Positions 17,283-27,467 are shown, numbered from the stretch's first letter. The stretch: 64,000 bases of DNA from Chitinophaga pinensis (GCA_945889235.1 CAMDBK010000002.1:245-64244), one strand, 5' to 3'. The notes: generated by a model not told the origin, from the sequence alone. Program-made: numbers and translations.

Positions 17283-17453
17283 TTACCTGTTGTTAACTTC
17301 TTTGCCTTCGTATTTCAGCATTAAGCCAATCCAGATCGCTCCTGAAACTGCTCCCATAATCATTAAAGCAAGGTTCATGGTATCGCCTATTTTAGGCATA
17401 TAAGTAAAGGATGCTTCAAAAAGGTCGCGGATAGGAAATAAGATGTAGCCCAT
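17283..17453 (-). CDS. Small (56-aa) membrane protein, below the ORF-track cutoff
   Basis: My translation is MGYILFPIRDLFEASFTYMPKIGDTMNLALMIMGAVSGAIWIGLMLKYEGKEVNNR, with one clear TM helix. A -7 box lies 23 nt upstream. Confidence 0.45.
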   Translation of the reverse strand: MGYILFPIRDLFEASFTYMPKIGDTMNLALMIMGAVSGAIWIGLMLKYEGKEVNNR

Positions 17454-17475
17454 AGTTTTTTTATTTTTTGCAGCG

Positions 17476-17483
17476 CAAACCTA
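17476..17483 (-). promoter_or_regulatory. Candidate -7 box (CAAACCTA on + strand = TAGGTTTG on - strand)
   Basis: TAnnTTTG match upstream of the 56-aa ORF. Confidence 0.4.
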
Positions 17484-17507
17484 CATCATTTACATTAAAT
17501 CACAAAA

Positions 17508-18782
17508 CTATGCTGTAACTTTTTTCCTGTAAAAATAGCCCAGTGCAAGCAGCGTAAACAAAGTTCCAAATACGGCAATCAGATAACAGGCATTGGTGAA
17601 AAGACTTAGCCAACTCACTTCCGACAGAAAAAAATCTTTATAAAATAAAACGCCAACGCTGCATAAATAACCAAATGAATCGGCAACGTAAATCAGGAAA
17701 CCTGCATTGCTCACGTATTTAAAAGCGGCAATCAGTCGCTCAAACAAAATGCAGTTAAAAGGAATGTAAGCGGTGTATGCGCCAAAGCCACTCAGCATAA
17801 TCCAACCCACAGGACTCAACCATCCACTGTGAAAAGCAAATGCGCTCAATCCTGTAATCAAACAACCTGCAGCAATCACAAGATGATTGATCATCAACGC
17901 TTTCTTATTGTCTTTGATGAACATGATAAAACCCAGCAAAACCAATACGCCAAGTGTAACTGGGATTTCAGTCTGCGTAAAAATTTCAGGTTTCTTTTCA
18001 AAGCCAAGTGCATTTAAAATCTCTGCCATAAAGTTGTCGCGGAAATCACGGAACGCTGTCAGAAACATATAGGTAATCACTAGTAAAATCAAGCCCGGAG
18101 CAAATGCTTTAAAGAAACTCCAGCGCTGTTCTGAGTTCATCGGTTCGCGTTTGGTACGCAGCGTTTCATCTTCTTTTGTCGGGTCGGGAATATTACTCAG
18201 CATCCAGACAAAAAACAAAAGTGGAAGAAAAAAAACTCCGCCTGTTGCTACCGGCATCCAGAATTCTGAAACGCCCATCAGCATTAAATTTCCGCCAACT
18301 GTTTTTACAAAACCTGAAGCAAAAGCAAAGCTCGCACATAAGCCTGCGCCCATGGCTTCTGTAAATCTTCTGCCTTCCAGAAAAGAAAAAACCAAACCCC
18401 ATACCATACCAAGTGGAAGACCATTAAGAAAAAGAAAAGTAAGTTTAAAATGGTTGGGAACAACCGCAAAACCAAGCAAGGCAAGTTCTGCAATACCTAC
18501 CAGCACAATGATTCCAATTGCCCGTTTGCTCTTCCCCATTTCGGAAACAACTTTTATTCCGATGAATTTTGAGAGCATGTAACCAATCGCCTGAGAAATG
18601 ACCAAAATGGATTTGAACTTCAATCCCCACATATCACCCACATCAGCAAAACCCGCTGCCGAAAAAGGTTTTCGGAAAGCGTACATACACGAGTATGTGC
18701 AGAAAGCTGCAAGTGTTGCATATAACGGAAGCACAAAACCGTTGGAATTAGAAAGATATTTTTTGATTGGGTTTTCAGACAT
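17508..18782 (-). CDS. Polytopic membrane protein, MFS-like transporter fold (DUF5690-like)
   Basis: 424 aa with about 12 hydrophobic spans. The family assignment is from memory only. Confidence 0.5.
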   Translation of the reverse strand: MSENPIKKYLSNSNGFVLPLYATLAAFCTYSCMYAFRKPFSAAGFADVGDMWGLKFKSILVISQAIGYMLSKFIGIKVVSEMGKSKRAIGIIVLVGIAELALLGFAVVPNHFKLTFLFLNGLPLGMVWGLVFSFLEGRRFTEAMGAGLCASFAFASGFVKTVGGNLMLMGVSEFWMPVATGGVFFLPLLFFVWMLSNIPDPTKEDETLRTKREPMNSEQRWSFFKAFAPGLILLVITYMFLTAFRDFRDNFMAEILNALGFEKKPEIFTQTEIPVTLGVLVLLGFIMFIKDNKKALMINHLVIAAGCLITGLSAFAFHSGWLSPVGWIMLSGFGAYTAYIPFNCILFERLIAAFKYVSNAGFLIYVADSFGYLCSVGVLFYKDFFLSEVSWLSLFTNACYLIAVFGTLFTLLALGYFYRKKVTA

Positions 18783-18798
18783 TAATCAGGCAGATTGT

Positions 18799-18858
18799 GT
18801 CACCCTGAGCGTAGTCGAAGGGCAATAATAAAAATGCTTCGACTATGCTCAACAGGAC
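18799..18858. repeat. Intergenic hairpin repeat (GTCACCCTGA-type flank; 14-bp stem 18807-18820 / 18837-18850)
   Basis: GAGCGTAGTCGAAG pairs with CTTCGACTATGCTC, with one G-U pair. The flank gtcaccctga is shared with 50690 and 4936. Confidence 0.7.
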
Positions 18859-18862
18859 AATC

Positions 18863-19750
18863 TTATACATTAGTACTTTGAATTGCGTTGGTGTTTAATC
18901 CTCTTTCCGTGAAAGAAAAATCCTGCCACTTGTTGTCAATAAAAGATTTCACAGTTTCAAAACCTACTTCTTTTAACAAAGTACTCGCGGTTTCAAACTC
19001 TGCAGTTATTTCTTTCGGGTGATGCGAATCAGAATTTATCATCACCGGAATTTTCCGTTTCAGAATTTCACCAAGCATCCATTTTCCGGGATAGGGTTCA
19101 GTTGTTTTTTTCTTATAAATCCCCCGCGTGTTAACTTCAACAATGGCTTTTGTTCCGGCAATAGCATCAAGCGTTTTCAGAACTTCTGTTCTATACCAAT
19201 CTTCATCTTCTGAAAAATATTTGTTATCCGGATTCTGCATTTTTATTTTATCAATGTGCCCGATAACATCAGGACATTCTTCGCGCACCATCATTCTCGT
19301 CAACTCATAATAACGTGTAACCGCTTTGCGGATATCACCTCCGAAAATTTGTTGCAATCCTTCTTCAAATATTAATGCTTTACCGTCAATTTCCCAATGC
19401 CTGCCATCGGCAAACTGATTAACAAAATGAATGGAACCAATGGTGTAATCTAAGTTTGCTTCTTTAATGAATTGACTTTGCGGACCAACAACATTCGGGA
19501 TGTAATCAATTTCTAAACTTCTGTAAATCTGCAAACGTTCTGCAAATTCTTTTTTCAGTTTTTCAATTTCAGTGGTGTAAGCAGCAAGATTTTCCATCTT
19601 CATACTCCATGCACAAAAAAAAGGCATGGGAACATGAGAAGAAAATCCGTAAGCCAACATTCCCTGTGCAGCAGCAGTTTCGGCATATAATCTTGCTTCA
19701 TCGCTGCCATCACAAAAATTACAGTGGCTGTGGTAGTTTGTCCAGGACAT
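18863..19750 (-). CDS. PHP-domain histidinol-phosphatase (HisJ) family protein
   Basis: The N-terminal YHSHCNFCDGS and later H/D metal ligands are typical of the PHP/HisJ family. Confidence 0.75.
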   Translation of the reverse strand: MSWTNYHSHCNFCDGSDEARLYAETAAAQGMLAYGFSSHVPMPFFCAWSMKMENLAAYTTEIEKLKKEFAERLQIYRSLEIDYIPNVVGPQSQFIKEANLDYTIGSIHFVNQFADGRHWEIDGKALIFEEGLQQIFGGDIRKAVTRYYELTRMMVREECPDVIGHIDKIKMQNPDNKYFSEDEDWYRTEVLKTLDAIAGTKAIVEVNTRGIYKKKTTEPYPGKWMLGEILKRKIPVMINSDSHHPKEITAEFETASTLLKEVGFETVKSFIDNKWQDFSFTERGLNTNAIQSTNV

Positions 19751-19829
19751 TAGTTATGATAAATCACGAAAGTAGTAGATTTTGTTAATCAGGCAGGTAA
19801 GTCTTCGTTTAAGTTTTTATTAATTCGTG

Positions 19830-19837
19830 TAAGTTTG
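19830..19837 (+). promoter_or_regulatory. Candidate -7 box (TAAGTTTG)
   Basis: TAnnTTTG match ending 11 nt upstream of the ATG at 19848. Confidence 0.45.
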
Positions 19838-19847
19838 CCGTTCATAA

Positions 19848-22800
19848 ATGAAAACAGAGAACAACTTATTTTCTTTTCGCAGCGTAATTATTTTGTTGTT
19901 TGTTTTATGCTGTAAAACAAATTACGCGCAAACTTACTTTTTCAAAAACTTTACCGTTGAAAATGGTTTACCGCAATCACAAGTACTTTGTGTTTTTCAG
20001 GACCAGAGCGGCAGGTTGTGGATAGGAACCAACCAGGGTGGTATCGCACTCTATGATGGAACACGCTATGATGGTAAATCATTTGAAAATATTACCGAAA
20101 CCAACGGACTTGCAAGTAACGTTGTGTTCAGCATTACACAAAGTAAAACAGGACTTTTTTATTTAGCCACTTACAACGGACTGAGTATTTATGATGGAAA
20201 GAAATTTAAAAACCTGACCACCGAAAACGGTCTTAACAGCAATAATGTTTTAAAAGTGCTGGAAGACAAGAAGGGAAAAATATGGCTGGGCACAGGTAAA
20301 GGTGTTTGCTATTTTGAAAACGATTCAATTATTAAACTGAGTGGTGATACACTGCTTGACCAGTCAGTGGTTTTAAATATAGTGGAAGACAGCAAAGGTA
20401 ACCTGTGGTTCTGCACAACAACAAATGGATTATTCCAATATAATAAAGGCACTATAAAAAACTACAACACTAAAAACGGACTGGGTTCAGATTATGTATC
20501 TTCTATTATTCAGCGCGGAACCGAAAGCTACTGGGTATCTACCTACGAAGGATTGTTTGAACTCAATGGCGAAAAAATCACACCAGTAAAAATTCCGAGC
20601 GAGCATTTTGATATTCCCTTCTACGAATTTTGTAAAGACGACATCGGCAATTTGTGGGTGGGCAGCAGCGAAGGGGTTTTTAAACTTCATAATGGTGAGT
20701 TTACCAAGTTTAAAAAATCAAACGGTCTGGTGGATAATAACATTTGGAAAATTATTCAGGACCGTGAAGGCAATATGTGGTTTGCTTCCAAAACCAACGG
20801 TCTGAGCAAGCTGAATAATGAAATGTTTTTGAGCTACAGTATAAAAGACAGTTTACCCGATGACGGAATTGAGGCTGTTTTTCAGGACAGCGCAGGACTT
20901 TACTGGATTGGCACCAAGCGCGGAGCCACAACATTTAACGGCAAAAACTTTAAAAATTATAAAATAAAAAACGGACTGGGCAGCGAATGGGTTACTTGTT
21001 TTGAACAGGAAAAAAACGGCAACATTCTTATTGGCACCGGTCGCGGTATTACAAATTACGATGGCAAAAAATTTACCCAACTGCCGGCTGAAGACAAAGC
21101 GTTATTCCATATTCAGGATATTCTGGTTGAAGAAAACGGAACTGTTTGGCTCGCAACCTGGGGTGGCATTGCAAAAGTGGAAAACAAAAAAATTATTCCT
21201 TTTAAACTGGCTGAAAAGTTTACTGACAAAACCTATTGTATTTATAAAGACAGCGAAGGAATAATATGGTTTGGATATGAAGATGGTGTGTTGCGCTACA
21301 ACGGAACAAGTGTGCAGCACATGAACAGGCAAAACGGTTTTATCGGAGGCCGGGTACGCTGCATTGATGAAGACGAAAACTGGGAACTGTGGTTTGGTAC
21401 CAATGACGGTTTATACCGTTACAACCGCAGATACCCTACACATTTTTCTGAAAAGGAAGGGTTGAAATCAAGCGCCATTTATTCGTTGGTGTTTGACAAA
21501 TTCAACAGCATCTGGCTGGGAATGGCTAAAGGTATTAATCACATAACCGTGAAAGGTGATGTGCTGAACCGTAACCGCTACTACGGTATTGAAGATGGTT
21601 TTCCGGGCGGCTGCAGTAACAACGCAATGCTTATTGACAAAGAAGGAAAAATCTGGATAGGCACGGCAAATGGTTTGGTGGTTTATCAGCCTGAATATGA
21701 TAAACCGGAAAATAATGAACCCATAACAGTTATCAAAAACATACGTCTTGAATCGCAACCAACAACCGACTGGAAATTGTTTGCCGATAGTGTGGACAGC
21801 AAAAATATACCCTACAACCTTGTTTTGGATTACAACCGCAACCACCTTACCTTTGATTTTGTAGGAATAAGTTTAACCAATCCCCACGAAATTGCTTACC
21901 AATATTACCTGAAAGGCTTTGATAATAATTGGCTTCCCATAACCTACAAAACTGAAGTACCGTACTCAAATTTGCCTCCCGGGCATTACGAGTTTCTTGT
22001 AAAATCAGGAACAGAAGAGGAGTTGCCTACGGCCAAACCGGTTTCATTTAAATTTGTGATTGAACCCCCTTTCTGGCAGCGCGGATGGTTTTATCTGCTC
22101 TGTGCCTCTATAGTGGCAGCAGCTATTTACAACTATGTGCGTATCCGAAGAGCCAACAAACAAATCACTTTTCAAAAGGAAGAAATCTCCAAACAAAAAG
22201 ATATTATTGAAGACAAAAACCGTGACATCACCGACAGTATAAATTATGCAAAAACTTTGCAGGAAGCAGTGCTTCCTCCACAACAGATTTTTAAAAAATA
22301 CCTGAGCGATTCATTTATTATTTACATGCCCAAAGCAATTGTAAGCGGTGATTTTTACTGGATTGAAAAACGCGGTGATTTAGTGCTTATGAGTGTGGTG
22401 GACTGCACCGGACATGGTGTTCCCGGGGCTTTTATGAGCATCATTGGTCACAACGGATTAAATCAGGCGGTGAATGAACACCGCTTGCTCAAGCCCTCCA
22501 TTATTCTCAATTACCTCAACCTTTCTGTAAACGAAACTTTGCACAAAGCCACTGAAGGCACTTCCGTTCGTGATGGTATGGATATGGCACTCTGTGTTTT
22601 TAACACCAAAACACTGGAGCTCGATTATTCAGGTGCACACAACCCGGTATTTATTATCAGCAAAGGTGAACTTACCGAACTCAAAGCTGACCACATGGCA
22701 ATAGGTCAGTTTACTGATGAACCCAAAAGCTTCAGCAATCATACCGTTCAGCTTCAAAAGGGCGACACCTTTTATATGTTCTCCGATGGAATTGTTGACC

Positions 22801-22976
22801 AGTTTGGTGGAGCAAGAGGTAAAAAATTCAAAAAAGCCCAGTTGCGTGAACTGCTAAAAACAGTTGGTCATCTTCCCATGGAGGAACAAAAAACCCGCAT
22901 CCTTACCCACTACAAACAATGGATGGGCAACCTTGAACAGGTAGATGATATGTGTTTGATAGGAGTGAAGGCGTAG
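19848..22976 (+). CDS. Sensor protein: periplasmic two-component-regulator propeller repeats + Y_Y_Y domain + TM helix + cytoplasmic PP2C/SpoIIE phosphatase
   Basis: Repeated G(L/I)xxNxVxxIxxDxxGxxW(I/F)GT blades. A TM helix (WFYLLCASIVAAAIYNY). The C-terminal SGDFYW...VDCTGHGVPGAFMS...DGMDMAL...FSDGIVDQ is a SpoIIE-type PP2C. Confidence 0.8.
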   Translation: MKTENNLFSFRSVIILLFVLCCKTNYAQTYFFKNFTVENGLPQSQVLCVFQDQSGRLWIGTNQGGIALYDGTRYDGKSFENITETNGLASNVVFSITQSKTGLFYLATYNGLSIYDGKKFKNLTTENGLNSNNVLKVLEDKKGKIWLGTGKGVCYFENDSIIKLSGDTLLDQSVVLNIVEDSKGNLWFCTTTNGLFQYNKGTIKNYNTKNGLGSDYVSSIIQRGTESYWVSTYEGLFELNGEKITPVKIPSEHFDIPFYEFCKDDIGNLWVGSSEGVFKLHNGEFTKFKKSNGLVDNNIWKIIQDREGNMWFASKTNGLSKLNNEMFLSYSIKDSLPDDGIEAVFQDSAGLYWIGTKRGATTFNGKNFKNYKIKNGLGSEWVTCFEQEKNGNILIGTGRGITNYDGKKFTQLPAEDKALFHIQDILVEENGTVWLATWGGIAKVENKKIIPFKLAEKFTDKTYCIYKDSEGIIWFGYEDGVLRYNGTSVQHMNRQNGFIGGRVRCIDEDENWELWFGTNDGLYRYNRRYPTHFSEKEGLKSSAIYSLVFDKFNSIWLGMAKGINHITVKGDVLNRNRYYGIEDGFPGGCSNNAMLIDKEGKIWIGTANGLVVYQPEYDKPENNEPITVIKNIRLESQPTTDWKLFADSVDSKNIPYNLVLDYNRNHLTFDFVGISLTNPHEIAYQYYLKGFDNNWLPITYKTEVPYSNLPPGHYEFLVKSGTEEELPTAKPVSFKFVIEPPFWQRGWFYLLCASIVAAAIYNYVRIRRANKQITFQKEEISKQKDIIEDKNRDITDSINYAKTLQEAVLPPQQIFKKYLSDSFIIYMPKAIVSGDFYWIEKRGDLVLMSVVDCTGHGVPGAFMSIIGHNGLNQAVNEHRLLKPSIILNYLNLSVNETLHKATEGTSVRDGMDMALCVFNTKTLELDYSGAHNPVFIISKGELTELKADHMAIGQFTDEPKSFSNHTVQLQKGDTFYMFSDGIVDQFGGARGKKFKKAQLRELLKTVGHLPMEEQKTRILTHYKQWMGNLEQVDDMCLIGVKA

Positions 22977-23101
22977 CTTCAAGGTTGAGCGATGGCAGCC
23001 AAATGCAAATGTGCCAACTGTGAGAGGGCAACTTCGATTTTTCGTGCGGTGGCAAAAAAATAAAAATACTGGTTTCAGGGATTTCAACTAACGGAAAGCG
23101 A

Positions 23102-24400
23102 TTACTTTCCGGAATATTTGTTTTTATACTTTGCGAAAAGTTGCTTCTGCATATTATCAAGGTCGAGTTTTTTGCCTTTGATAAAAGCCAGTTCAACATT
23201 ATTGGTGCGCATGTCGAGTGCATCGCCTGAAGAAACAAAAAGTGTTGCATCTTTTCCGCCTTCGAGGGTTCCGGCCTTGTCATCAATGCCCAGAATTTTA
23301 GCGGTGTTGAGTGTAATTGCAGAAAGGGCTTGTTCCTGGGTTAAGCCATAGGCAACGGCAGTTCCGGCAGTGAAGGGAAGGTTGCGCATGCCGGCTGTTT
23401 CCATTCCACCGCGGTAACTGAGGCAATACAAGACACCTGCATCCTGCAATTGTTTCGGGGTTTTGAAAGGCTGGTCAATATCTCGGTCGGGCGAAACGGG
23501 CAAATCATGAACACGGTCGAGCACCACTGCCACATTATTGATTTTTAAAATATCGGTAACAAGGTATGCTTCGCGTGCACCCACCAACACCAAATGCGGA
23601 ATACCAAATTGTTTGGCAAAATAAACCACTTCAATAATGTCTTTGGCAAGATCAACATTGATGAATAATCTTTTCTCGCCACTGAAAATATCTTTCATGG
23701 CTTCCATGCGGATGTCTGTTTCGGTTTGTCCTTTCTGGCTGTAGGCTTTTGCATCGGCAAAAAATTTCTGAAGCGATGCCAGTGTTTTTTCAAAGTTTTC
23801 GTTTTTCTTTAATGGTTCGGGTTCAGCCCACCAACCACCACCCGAAAACCGTGTGGGCCAATTGATGTGAATGCCGTCATCGGTTTTGCAAACAGCATCT
23901 TCCCAGTTCCAGCCATCCAATGCAAACACAGAAGAAGTGCCTGAAATCAATCCACCGCGCGGACAAACCTGTGCCAGTAAAATTCCGTTGGTGCGGATGG
24001 TAGGCGTTATTTTAGAATCGGTGTTGTAAGAAATTTCGGCACGTACATGGGGATTGATAAAACCTACATCATCAAAATCGCGGGTAGAGCGTACGGCTTC
24101 AATTTCCACCAGTCCGAGTGTAGTGGAAGGCGCAATAAAGCCGGGGTACACTTGTTTACCGGTGATGTCAATTATGTCATCCGTATATTGTATTTCATAT
24201 TCTCTTACATCACTTACAAAAGTTATTTCACCGTTGTCGAATCCGATGGCTGATTTTTGGATGATGGTTCCGTTGCCAATATGTGCTGTTCCGTTGAGAA
24301 GTACAATTTGTTTTTTTTGTGATTTGGCTGGGGTTTGGGAAACAGCCGCAAATGCAAAAATTAAAAATAAAAATGTAAAAATATTTTTCATGTTCGTCAT
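23102..24400 (-). CDS. Secreted amidohydrolase-superfamily protein (about 430 aa)
   Basis: Signal peptide plus amidohydrolase fold pattern (GFIAPST...; C-terminal GTLEGGKDATLFV). Confidence 0.75.
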   Translation of the reverse strand: MTNMKNIFTFLFLIFAFAAVSQTPAKSQKKQIVLLNGTAHIGNGTIIQKSAIGFDNGEITFVSDVREYEIQYTDDIIDITGKQVYPGFIAPSTTLGLVEIEAVRSTRDFDDVGFINPHVRAEISYNTDSKITPTIRTNGILLAQVCPRGGLISGTSSVFALDGWNWEDAVCKTDDGIHINWPTRFSGGGWWAEPEPLKKNENFEKTLASLQKFFADAKAYSQKGQTETDIRMEAMKDIFSGEKRLFINVDLAKDIIEVVYFAKQFGIPHLVLVGAREAYLVTDILKINNVAVVLDRVHDLPVSPDRDIDQPFKTPKQLQDAGVLYCLSYRGGMETAGMRNLPFTAGTAVAYGLTQEQALSAITLNTAKILGIDDKAGTLEGGKDATLFVSSGDALDMRTNNVELAFIKGKKLDLDNMQKQLFAKYKNKYSGK

Positions 24401-24435
24401 TCAATTATCAATTTACAATTATCAATTATCAATTC
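24401..24435. repeat. Tandem heptamer tract (CAATTAT-like x5) between the two amidohydrolase genes
   Basis: tcaattatcaatttacaattatcaattatcaattc, read directly. Confidence 0.7.
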
Positions 24436-27404
24436 TGTTCTTCCATGGTATCGCAGTGATACAGTTTGTCTTCTTTCTTTTCAGGTTTTTGAGTTTTTTC
24501 TCCACCTTTTTTTGCGGCAATCATTTTCTGAATCAGGCGTGCACGTTCTTTCCGTACTTCATCGCGCAGCAGCAAATCATTTTCTGAATCGTAATAGCAA
24601 ACGCCATCTACAAACGTTTTTTCTGCACGGGCATAAATCGAAAGCGGATTATCGGACCACAGCACAACATCAGCATCTTTGCCTTCTTTGATGCTACCCA
24701 TGTGACTGTCTAAATGCAGGAGTTTTGCCGGATTGAGCGTTACCATTTTCAAAGCATCTTCTTCTGACATGCCACCATACTTTACTGATTTTGCTGCTTC
24801 CTGATTCAGTCTTCTTCCCATTTCGGCATCATCGGAATTGATGGCGGTTGTAACACCTTGTTCAGTTAAAATAGAAGCGTTGTAAGGAATGGCTTCCATC
24901 ACCTCATATTTATAAGCCCACCAGTCAGCAAATGTAGAAGCGCCTACACCGTGTGCTTTCATTTTGTCAGCCACTTTATAGCCTTCCAGAATGTGTGTAA
25001 AGGTGTTTACTTTAAAGCCCATTGAATCTGCAACGTGCATGAGCATATTTATTTCGCTTTGCACATACGAGTGACAGGTAATGAAACGTTTTTTGTTCAA
25101 AATTTCAACAATTGCATCAAGGTCTAAATCCCTGCGCTCAGTACCTGCGCTTAATTTTTTCTCATATTCTTTTGCGCGGATAAATGCATCGTAATATACT
25201 TGTTCAACGCCCATTCTTGTTTGCGGGAAACGTACGGTGCTGTTATCGCCCCAGTTGCTTTGTTTCACATTTTCGCCCAGCGCAAATTTTATAAAACCAT
25301 CTGCATTTTCTATTTTCATTTTCTCAGGTACGAGTCCCCAACGCAGTTTTATTAAAGCGCTTTGACCGCCAATAGGATTTGCAGAACCGTGCAGCAATTG
25401 CGAAGCCACCACACCGCCTGAAAGCTGACGGTAAATATTTATGTCTTCAGAATTTACTACATCGCCAATTCGCACCTCAGCAGATGAAGCCTGTGTACCT
25501 TCGTTCACGCCTTTGCTGATGGCGATGTGCGAATGTTCGTCAATGATTCCTGTTGTAAGATGTTTGCCTGTTCCGTCAATCACTTTTGCATTTACAACAC
25601 CTGCAATATTTTTACCTACAATTTTTATTTTTCCGTTTTCAATCAGCACATCGGTGCCTTCCATTTTTCCCAAGATCTCGTTGGTCCAGACTGTGGCATT
25701 TTTTATCAGAACCGTTTCTTGTTTTGGTTGTTCGCTCCATCCGAAAGCTGTAAAAGGATAAACCAGTTTCCCGATTTCTTTGGGCTTATTATCGGTGCTG
25801 TCTTTCTTTGGTTTCTCAACAAAGGCATCTTTGTAAGTTGCTTTCCAGTCGGTCCATGTTCCTGCAGGAAGCTGGCATCTGCCGCTCAATTCTTTTCCTT
25901 CGGCAACACCAGTCATACGAATGAGGTCGGTTTTTCCTTTTTCAACAGGAAAAGAAAGTGTAATAAATTTTCTTTCAACAACAATATCAGCAGGAATTGA
26001 AACGGTATCAGTAAAAAATATTTTTGCTGTTGGCTTTCTTTCTTCTCCCTCAATATTTAGTTTATAGTTGATGGTTCCGGCAATGCTGAGGTTATAAATA
26101 CCGCGGATATCCTGCACATCCAGCGTGTTTACTTTGTAGGAAATTCCGTCAACCCAGTTTTCAAGAATTATATTTTTCTTATCAAATAGATTAGTTGATG
26201 TAATAAGAAAGTTGGCTTTTAGGCCGGGTTTCAGACTGCCTACAACATTTTCCATTCCTGTTATTTGAGCAGGAGAATACGTAATTGCTTTGAGCGCTGC
26301 AGTCTCGGAAAGCCCTAGTTCAATGGATTTGCGGAGGTTTTTCCAGAATTTAGTCTGGTCTTTTAATCCATCAGCAGTAATAGCAAACTGAATATTATTT
26401 TTTTCAAAAGCTGAGGGATTTGTTGGTGCCATTTCCCAATGTTTTAAATCATTAAGGTTGACAAGAAGTGCATCAAACGGGTCTTCCACATCATACGGGT
26501 CAGGAAAATTTATTGGTAAAATGAACGAAGCGTTGGTAGCTTTTATTTCATCCATTCTGCGGTATTCGGTTCCGCTTCCTTTGATAATGTATTGCTTGGA
26601 AAACTCATCACCCAGTTTATCGGCACGAAGCGCAGAAAGGAAATCATCGGCATCAAAAATCTGAGGAAGTGATTGTATATCATTCCATGATTGCAGAGAA
26701 AGATTTTTTTCTACTTTATTAGTTAGCGCATACCATTGTGCATCAAAATATGTTTGGCGTAAAAGTGCAATGGAACCCATCTGCGAAGAAGGATAATCCT
26801 GAGTTGAATTTCCTTTTTTGAATGAATAACAAGCTGTTGTTTTTTCCTTCAGTAATAGTTTATTTTCTTTTTCATCTGCCAGCAAAACAAATGCGGAAGT
26901 GCCGCGAGCAATACCATCTTGCTGTAAAGTAAGCACCGAACCAAAACCATTTTTTCTAAGTTCCTCTGCTTTTTTTGCATCAGCAGCAAACACCGATGAA
27001 GCATTGAATTCAGGCTTCAGCGCCTGATTCCAGGCATAAGCGCCTTTGGTTTTACTTTCTATCTGCGGTCCTTGTCCTGCACTTTCTTTTTTTGGTTCGG
27101 GCAAACCATACGAAGTGTAAACATCTACCAGCGAAGGATAAATAAACTTGCCTTTCAGATTAGTAATTACAGCACCTTCCGGAATGTTTATGCCTTTACC
27201 TGCGGCTTCAATTTTTCCTTCTTTTATAAGTAAAGTTGCGCTGTCAATTCTGGTTTGGTAATCAGTGAAAATGGTGGCGTTGGTAAACGCATAATACAAT
27301 TTATTATTCTCGCGTGTTCCGTTAACAGGAAAAGTTTCCTGTGAAAACGAATGGAAAATGAATAATGGAAAATTGAAAAGGAATGCAAGTATGATTTTCT
27401 TCAT
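24429..27404 (-). CDS. Secreted amidohydrolase-superfamily protein (991 aa, duplicated/extended architecture)
   Basis: Signal peptide, HSHIA metal-binding motif, and C-terminal GSIKEGKDADVVLW. Confidence 0.75.
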   Translation of the reverse strand: MKKIILAFLFNFPLFIFHSFSQETFPVNGTRENNKLYYAFTNATIFTDYQTRIDSATLLIKEGKIEAAGKGINIPEGAVITNLKGKFIYPSLVDVYTSYGLPEPKKESAGQGPQIESKTKGAYAWNQALKPEFNASSVFAADAKKAEELRKNGFGSVLTLQQDGIARGTSAFVLLADEKENKLLLKEKTTACYSFKKGNSTQDYPSSQMGSIALLRQTYFDAQWYALTNKVEKNLSLQSWNDIQSLPQIFDADDFLSALRADKLGDEFSKQYIIKGSGTEYRRMDEIKATNASFILPINFPDPYDVEDPFDALLVNLNDLKHWEMAPTNPSAFEKNNIQFAITADGLKDQTKFWKNLRKSIELGLSETAALKAITYSPAQITGMENVVGSLKPGLKANFLITSTNLFDKKNIILENWVDGISYKVNTLDVQDIRGIYNLSIAGTINYKLNIEGEERKPTAKIFFTDTVSIPADIVVERKFITLSFPVEKGKTDLIRMTGVAEGKELSGRCQLPAGTWTDWKATYKDAFVEKPKKDSTDNKPKEIGKLVYPFTAFGWSEQPKQETVLIKNATVWTNEILGKMEGTDVLIENGKIKIVGKNIAGVVNAKVIDGTGKHLTTGIIDEHSHIAISKGVNEGTQASSAEVRIGDVVNSEDINIYRQLSGGVVASQLLHGSANPIGGQSALIKLRWGLVPEKMKIENADGFIKFALGENVKQSNWGDNSTVRFPQTRMGVEQVYYDAFIRAKEYEKKLSAGTERRDLDLDAIVEILNKKRFITCHSYVQSEINMLMHVADSMGFKVNTFTHILEGYKVADKMKAHGVGASTFADWWAYKYEVMEAIPYNASILTEQGVTTAINSDDAEMGRRLNQEAAKSVKYGGMSEEDALKMVTLNPAKLLHLDSHMGSIKEGKDADVVLWSDNPLSIYARAEKTFVDGVCYYDSENDLLLRDEVRKERARLIQKMIAAKKGGEKTQKPEKKEDKLYHCDTMEEQN

Positions 27405-27424
27405 CAGGGAATAAATTGAAAAGC

Positions 27425-27432
27425 CAAAGATA
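27425..27432 (-). promoter_or_regulatory. Candidate -7 box (CAAAGATA on + strand)
   Basis: Reverse-complement TATCTTTG matches TAnnTTTG, 21 nt upstream of the start at 27404. Confidence 0.45.
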
Positions 27433-27467
27433 GAATTTGAGAGGAATTGAAGGTTGTTAAATAATGC

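Noticed and set aside
22992-23063. 23-aa Cys-containing mini-ORF (MAAKCKCANCERATSIFRAVAKK) between the sensor gene and the amidohydrolase gene
   Set aside because: It is too short to support without conservation or expression data, and there is no promoter box or recognisable peptide family.
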